A model generated the notes under the pieces. It worked only from the letters and a program-made list of their open reading frames with translations. It ran no database searches and was not told the origin of the DNA. The translations under genes and the position numbers were made by a program. This document shows positions 35,037 through 39,923 of a stretch of 39,923 bases of DNA, one piece after another (positions within the stretch are counted from its first letter, which is position 1; every line of letters begins with the position of its first letter). The stretch is from positions 1-39,923 of IMG/VR virus record IMGVR_UViG_3300035492_000269; one strand, given 5' to 3'. The stretch comes from a virus (lineage: Duplodnaviria; Caudoviricetes).

Positions 35037-35235
35037 CGCTCAGCACCTGCGCATCAACGGCCAGACCGTGCAACCGCTCACGCCCCGCGCCTGGGCAGCC
35101 GCCATTGTGCAACTGCCCACGCTGGCCGAGCGCCGCGCTGCGATGGAGCTGGTCCCGCCCCATTGGCAAGCGCTGGTGCGCACGCACCTGACCATTGCCT
35201 GGAACCACCCACAACGCAACAAGGAGCCATCGTGA
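35026..35235 (+). CDS. Hypothetical early protein, 69 aa
   Basis: MSRDAQ...PRAWAAAIVQL.T..ERRAA...VP.HWQALVRTH; overlaps both neighbours. Confidence 0.6.
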   Translation: MSRDAQHLRINGQTVQPLTPRAWAAAIVQLPTLAERRAAMELVPPHWQALVRTHLTIAWNHPQRNKEPS

Positions 35236-35555
35236 CCGAGGACACAGCCCAACAGGTTCTGCGCCTGCACACGCCGCCCCGGCCAAGCACGCTGGACATG
35301 CTCTTTCGCATGTTTGGCACCGTGCTGGTGCCTCGCGAGGAGCTGCGCGAGCGCCTGTTTCGCAACGTCAATGAAGACCGCTTTAAGCGCGTACTCGGCA
35401 CCCCGCGCCTGCCACTTCCGGTCACCACCCTGGAAGAAAGCCGCGAGGCCCGCCAGTACATCGAGATCCACCATCTGGCCGCCTACATCGACCAGCGCGC
35501 CGCCCGAGCGGACAACACGCTGGCCAAGGCACTGGCACCACCAGAACAACCCTGA
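35232..35555 (+). CDS. PrtN-like (pyocin activator family) protein, copy 1
   Basis: TLDMLFR.FG.VLVP.E.LR...FRN.N...F...LPLPVTTL..S..A..YIEI.HLAAYID; AAGGAG RBS with GTG start. Confidence 0.7.
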   Translation: MTEDTAQQVLRLHTPPRPSTLDMLFRMFGTVLVPREELRERLFRNVNEDRFKRVLGTPRLPLPVTTLEESREARQYIEIHHLAAYIDQRAARADNTLAKALAPPEQP

Positions 35556-35601
35556 CGACCCGGCCGCCACCACCGGCCCCATAAACCACGGAGCAACCAC
35601 C

Positions 35602-36072
35602 ATGGATATGCAACCCACCACCCTTGTTGGCCTATGCATTTTGATCTGCGCACCGCTCGCGCTGTACTTCTACGGCTTGCGCATTGGCCGCGGCGAACGC
35701 GACGTGCAGCACGAGATTGAACGGGATCTGTTGAACAGCAAAGCAAGCCGGCATGAGCGCTTGGCCAGCGAGCAGCAGCACATCGCAGACCGCCAGCAGC
35801 AGACCATCACAGAGCTAAGCGCCCGTCTGCGCGAAGTAAAAGTGCTGCAGGTGCTAGACCGCAGCGCCCTGCTGCAGGCGGCCACCACGCTGGATCTGGC
35901 CGCCCGCACCTTTGACGCGTTTAACGCCCCACAGGCCGAGACCGCGCGCGAGCTGCGCGACGAGTGCCGCAACATGGCCACGCGCCTGGGCTGGGTTGAG
36001 CCAGCACCGCAGAGCCTGAGCACCGCCAGCCCAGAAGATACAGCGCAGGTAATGCAGGGGGGTGCGGCATGA
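35602..36072 (+). CDS. N-terminally membrane-anchored coiled-coil protein
   Basis: Hydrophobic LVGLCILICAPLALYFYG then coiled coil; GGAG RBS. Confidence 0.7.
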   Translation: MDMQPTTLVGLCILICAPLALYFYGLRIGRGERDVQHEIERDLLNSKASRHERLASEQQHIADRQQQTITELSARLREVKVLQVLDRSALLQAATTLDLAARTFDAFNAPQAETARELRDECRNMATRLGWVEPAPQSLSTASPEDTAQVMQGGAA

Positions 36073-36674
36073 GCTGGATACTCACCCACACCGGCAAACA
36101 CTTTGACCTGATGCAACCGAGCGCGGAGAACGTGAGTCCGCTGGATATTGCGCACGCACTGGCGCACCTGTGCCGCTTCAACGGCCACACCCACCGCTTT
36201 TACAGCGTGGCGCAACACAGTTGCATAGTGGCAGAGCTGGTACCCGCAGAGCACCGCTTGGCCGCCCTGCTGCACGATGCCACCGAAGCATACATTGGCG
36301 ACATCACACGCCCTTTTAAGGCGCTGCTACCAGTCGCCCGCCAGATCGAGCAGCACATCTGGCACGCGATCTGCGCCCGCTTCCGGCTCGATCCGGAGCT
36401 GCCGGCGAGCGTACACGACGCCGACATGATCGCCCTGGCCACAGAGAAGCGCGACCTGATGCCAAGCGACGGAACAGCTTGGCCGTGCCTGCATGGCACC
36501 CAACCACTTGCTCAGCGCCTACGCGCGTGGAGCAGCGAGGAAGCGTTTCACCAGTATCAGGTACAGCTGTTTAACGAGCTGACCGCCCACAACCGCCGCT
36601 TGGCACTGCAAACACAGCAGCCCCGACAACCCGCATCACCGGCTTACCTATCGGAAGGGAGAGACTGCGCATGA
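36069..36674 (+). CDS. HD-domain phosphohydrolase (YfbR/YfdR-like)
   Basis: DIAHALA..CRFNGH, YSVAQHS, LLHDATEAYIGD, AD..ALATEKRDL. Confidence 0.9.
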   Translation: MSWILTHTGKHFDLMQPSAENVSPLDIAHALAHLCRFNGHTHRFYSVAQHSCIVAELVPAEHRLAALLHDATEAYIGDITRPFKALLPVARQIEQHIWHAICARFRLDPELPASVHDADMIALATEKRDLMPSDGTAWPCLHGTQPLAQRLRAWSSEEAFHQYQVQLFNELTAHNRRLALQTQQPRQPASPAYLSEGRDCA

Positions 36675-37252
36675 CTACCTGCACAGCAGCCGCTGCCACT
36701 TACACCACCGCTCCTGCCGCGCTGCTGCGCGGCGGCGACCATCGCTCGGTGCATGAGGCGACCGCCGCACCAGACGGTCGCCCTCACAAAACCAACGGCA
36801 GCGGCATAAAGAGCCACTGCCCCGCAGGGGCAGGCATTATCAATCCCTCAGCCAGCACCCGCAGAACCGCCAATACCCCCACCCAAGGCGTGCGCCACGC
36901 AGCAGAACCGAGCACACCGCTCCGCTCTGGGGGTGGTGCTGCAGCGCAGCTTGTGGAGGGGTATAAGCGAGACCTGAGCCATATCACCATGCCAAAAGCT
37001 TGCGTGAGCTGCCTGCACTACCAAGCCAAGGGGTTCGCCAACGATGCTCACTGCCCATTCTCAACCTGGAATGGGCGCAAGCAGCGAACACCCTACGGCA
37101 CATGCAGCCTGCACAAACAGGAGGTGTTTGCGACCGAGATTTGCACTAGCTACAGCTGCGATCCACAGGTGCACCCCATAGAGGTGGAAAACCGTCCGAG
37201 CCCACGCACGCCCATGCAGGAGCAGCTCGGCCTTGAGGGCTGCGTAAGATGA
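36671..37252 (+). CDS. Hypothetical protein with C-terminal Cys-rich domain
   Basis: Low-complexity N-terminus; C..C.HY...C...G.C..H...C; ATGA overlaps on both sides. Confidence 0.6.
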   Translation: MTTCTAAAATYTTAPAALLRGGDHRSVHEATAAPDGRPHKTNGSGIKSHCPAGAGIINPSASTRRTANTPTQGVRHAAEPSTPLRSGGGAAAQLVEGYKRDLSHITMPKACVSCLHYQAKGFANDAHCPFSTWNGRKQRTPYGTCSLHKQEVFATEICTSYSCDPQVHPIEVENRPSPRTPMQEQLGLEGCVR

Positions 37253-37527
37253 ACACGTTATTCTTGCTCATGGCGCAATACAGCGGGCTGGCAGTGATAC
37301 CGCTAGACAAGGTGTGCACTGACTACTTCAGCCACCTAAGCGTGGAGAAGCTGCAGCGCAAGGTGATGGCGGCAGAGATAGACCTACCGATTGTGCGGAT
37401 GGAGGGCAGCCAGAAAGCCGCGAAGGGAGTGCACGTGCAGGATCTGGCCAAGTACCTGGACGATCAGCGGGCGAAGGCGGTGATTGAGAATGACAAGTTG
37501 CAGGGACGGTATCGCCGCGCAGGATGA
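37249..37527 (+). CDS. PrtN-family protein, copy 2 (candidate excisionase)
   Basis: MNTLFLLMAQY.G.AVIPL..VC.DYF.HL...SQKAAKGVH..DLA.YLD; last gene of the early operon, nearest the integrase. Confidence 0.85.
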   Translation: MNTLFLLMAQYSGLAVIPLDKVCTDYFSHLSVEKLQRKVMAAEIDLPIVRMEGSQKAAKGVHVQDLAKYLDDQRAKAVIENDKLQGRYRRAG

Positions 37528-37542
37528 GCGCGGCGCGTCCAA

Positions 37543-38532
37543 TCAATAGTCCCAATGAGAAAAGCGAAGTATGTTCTCGAGAGAACAATATTGAATATCT
37601 TGTGTTTTAAATACTCGAGTCCAAAATGATTTCCGAGCTGATTTCCGGACTTCTGGTCTAAACCACTCAACAATTAACACCGGCCTTGATCGAGCAAAGG
37701 CAGCAATCATCTCGTTTAGATGATCGTCTAAGCCTGAATACCCAAATACGATAATTTTTTCGGACTCACTCAAGGCGTCATTCAAAAACCGCCAATAAGC
37801 AGACAGCACTGCCGAAGCACCAATAACCGTCCTTTTATGGCGTACGTGGGTCAAAACAATATGATCAGACCCTTCAACAGAGAAAGGATCTAGATCCCAT
37901 CGCTGACGCTTGCGAGCCAAACCATCTTCATGATCAAAAAACAGCGGAGAGCCATGTAAATGGAGATAATAGCCAAAGTCGTTATTATTCATACGCTCTA
38001 GATTTTCAGGACGGAACCCTCTATCGATCATGCCATCAACGAGAGTCGTATTGAAATAATCTCTCATCAATCCACGATCTATAAAAGCCCCATAAAGAAG
38101 CCTGTCATAATTGAGCGTTGCAACGTGTGATTTAGTCTCACGTAGAAACTCTAAAAGCGGCTCCAAAAAATCGTCCGGCAAACGCCCATCAAAAAGGTGT
38201 AGCCTGGTGGCTACCTTATGGATATAGTTGCCTACCGCTTCAGGAAAAGCTTGCCCTTCAGGGCTCAGCCAGTGAACATCCATGTGCTGCGAAGCGCTCA
38301 CTTGTTTCAAGGTTCTGCAAGCGGCGACGACACGATGCAGCGGATCCAACTGATCCTCAGTTTGGGGAATAATATCTTCGCCCCCCAAACAAGTACTTAT
38401 CAGAAGTTTCTCTTGACGGCTAAGGTAGTCTGGATTATTCCAGACATCAGCCATAGCATTTGGCAAATAGAAATGCTCCGAATCTAATGCCATACCCAAG
38501 CCATTACCGAATATCAAAGTCCTTTTTACCAT
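37543..38532 (-). CDS. SIR2-like (SIR2_2/AbiH-type fold) protein, candidate defence NADase
   Basis: IFGNG, ATLNYD, LHLHGS, VFGYSGLDDHL motifs; low GC; starts 7 nt after the int stop. Confidence 0.8.
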   Translation of the reverse strand: MVKRTLIFGNGLGMALDSEHFYLPNAMADVWNNPDYLSRQEKLLISTCLGGEDIIPQTEDQLDPLHRVVAACRTLKQVSASQHMDVHWLSPEGQAFPEAVGNYIHKVATRLHLFDGRLPDDFLEPLLEFLRETKSHVATLNYDRLLYGAFIDRGLMRDYFNTTLVDGMIDRGFRPENLERMNNNDFGYYLHLHGSPLFFDHEDGLARKRQRWDLDPFSVEGSDHIVLTHVRHKRTVIGASAVLSAYWRFLNDALSESEKIIVFGYSGLDDHLNEMIAAFARSRPVLIVEWFRPEVRKSARKSFWTRVFKTQDIQYCSLENILRFSHWDY

Positions 38533-38539
38533 CCCTGTT

Positions 38540-39631
38540 CTACTCCAAGTGACGAGCCGATAAATTCCATTCTGCGTAACGATCACCCCGCCCGCGAAGG
38601 TGAGTATAGCGACGCAAAGAATTCCAGTCGCGATGCCCAGACACACTGGCCACCCGAGGAATATCCCAGTCCATCTCAAATAGCCTACTCACACCATCAT
38701 GCCGCAAATCATGAAAGCGCAGATCCTCGATCTCCAGAAACTTGCACGCCCTGGTGAATGAGGCTGATATAGAGCTGGAGTTATAGGGAAATATCTCGTC
38801 AGCCAGCCGCGGCATGCTCTGGACAATGGCCCATGCCTCATCAGGCAGGTGGCACCACACATCGTTGCCCAGCTTCTGGCCGGGGTTCTTCATATCCCGC
38901 ACCAGTACGCGCTGGCCGGCCTCGTCCAGGTCGGCCCAGCGAATGCGGGTGATCTCGTCTTGCCGGCGCGTAGAGAACAGCGCGAAGGCAATCACCTTTG
39001 GCATGGGTATGGATGAAGGCCGACGCTGTTGCATCTCGGAGAAGTGCGTCATGAGCAGGTCCAGCTCTTCAAGGCTCGGCCGGCGGTCACGCTCTTTGCT
39101 CCGAGACGCCATGCCCATTTTGCGCAGTACCTTGCGGGCATCAGCCATCGCGTGATGATCCACCTCAAAGCCCCAGGCAGGCCGTGCTACAGACATCACC
39201 GCACCCAGGTGGGAAAGGTCATTGCCGATGGTCTGCGGCTGCACCGCCCCGCCCTGGTCACTGCGGCGCCAGTGCGCATACTCGACCAGGCGCTGACTGG
39301 TGAGGTCGCTGTCGGCCAGGTCGCCCAACCAGGTATCGGCAATCGCCTTCAATGTTGCACGCTTGGTTTTGCCCAGCGGCCGCACCCGCTCAAACTCTTC
39401 CAGGTAGCGCAAGATCATTTCTCGCACAGTCACACCAGCGCGCACAGCTTTATCAAGCGCACCCGGCTGGGCCAGCTCCCCTTCTCGCTTTTTCAGCCAG
39501 GCGCTGGCGGCTTGCTTGCGCTCAAAGGTTTGGCTTTCCTGATAAACTACGCTGCCTCGGCGCTTGATCCGGATCTGCGCCGTATAACTCGATTTTCCGT
39601 TCTTGCGTTTGCGTTCTGTGATGGTACCCAT
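38540..39631 (-). CDS. int: dusA-associated tyrosine integrase
   Basis: TRRQDEI, RDMKNP, FHDLRH, SGHRDW..LRRY catalytic residues; divergent from dusA. Confidence 0.95.
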   Translation of the reverse strand: MGTITERKRKNGKSSYTAQIRIKRRGSVVYQESQTFERKQAASAWLKKREGELAQPGALDKAVRAGVTVREMILRYLEEFERVRPLGKTKRATLKAIADTWLGDLADSDLTSQRLVEYAHWRRSDQGGAVQPQTIGNDLSHLGAVMSVARPAWGFEVDHHAMADARKVLRKMGMASRSKERDRRPSLEELDLLMTHFSEMQQRRPSSIPMPKVIAFALFSTRRQDEITRIRWADLDEAGQRVLVRDMKNPGQKLGNDVWCHLPDEAWAIVQSMPRLADEIFPYNSSSISASFTRACKFLEIEDLRFHDLRHDGVSRLFEMDWDIPRVASVSGHRDWNSLRRYTHLRGRGDRYAEWNLSARHLE

Positions 39632-39633
39632 GG

Positions 39634-39673
39634 CGGTGCTACATTTTTTTTGACGGTGCTACATTGTAGCACC
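39634..39673. repeat. Putative integrase arm / autoregulation sites
   Basis: CGGTGCTACATT repeated at 39634 and 39654 (20-bp period); GGTGCTACA-T-TGTAGCACC palindrome at 39655-39673. Confidence 0.65.
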
Positions 39674-39730
39674 CACCTTAAAAAAACAGCCGAAAACAGC
39701 AGAAATTAAGCACTAAACAGGCAGTCAGAA

Positions 39731-39923
39731 ATGCACCCAGAATCACCATCCAGCCCAGTAACCACGCGGCAAGAGCCCAATCGCCGCTTCTCCGTGGCGC
39801 CGATGATGGACTGGACTGATCGCCACTATCGCTACTTTGCGCGGCTGATCAGCCGACACGCATTGCTGTATACCGAGATGGTGACAACCGGTGCGGTGCT
39901 GCATGGTGATCCCGAGCGGTTTC
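39731..39923 (+). CDS. dusA: tRNA-dihydrouridine synthase A, 5' part (reconstituted; runs off the window)
   Basis: [43 protein letters not shown]. Confidence 0.95.
   Translation, partial: MHPESPSSPVTTRQEPNRRFSVAPMMDWTDRHYRYFARLISRHALLYTEMVTTGAVLHGDPERF
39797..39810 (+). repeat. Right att core GCGCCGATGATGGA
   Basis: Exact direct repeat of 146-159. Confidence 0.9.

Larger units (their letters stand above)
146..39810. mobile_element. Complete temperate prophage (HK97-type head, non-contractile tail) integrated in dusA
   Basis: Bounded by direct repeat GCGCCGATGATGGA inside two copies of the dusA 5' end; contains integrase, immunity, replication, packaging, head, tail and lysis modules with no obvious broken essential gene. 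Confidence 0.95.

Noticed and set aside
38540-39631. Shufflon or tail-fibre invertase role for the recombinase
   Set aside because: No inverted repeats or alternative fibre cassettes seen; position next to att and dusA fits an integrase

Overview
The window holds one apparently complete ~39.65 kb temperate siphovirus-type prophage in a Pseudomonadaceae-like host (inferred from gene content and high GC). It is integrated in the 5' end of dusA by a dusA-associated tyrosine integrase, with core GCGCCGATGATGGA at 146-159 and 39797-39810, and it supplies a replacement dusA 5' end. Left to right: DUF4238-like gene; a C4-antisense-RNA-controlled BRO antirepressor operon; accessory morons, one LexA-boxed; spanins and M15 endolysin split by an antisense moron; a non-contractile tail with a -1 frameshifted chaperone; HK97-type head and packaging genes; HNH; holin; late promoter; a PA0613-like regulator; VapE primase-helicase; TraR; CII; cro/cI switch; an ATPase-TOPRIM (OLD-like) plus C5 methyltransferase pair in the lambda rex position; the pL-like early operon with two PrtN-like genes; a SIR2-like gene; integrase. 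The most unusual signal is non-coding: an array of hairpins between cro and cII with variable stems but an invariant 7-nt loop (GTGGTGG on +, CCACCAC on -). Matching CCACCAC-loop hairpins sit just upstream of start codons of the pL operon, suggesting an undescribed RNA-level control system (nut/N-like or multi-loop antisense). All family assignments come from motif recognition by eye, not database searches.
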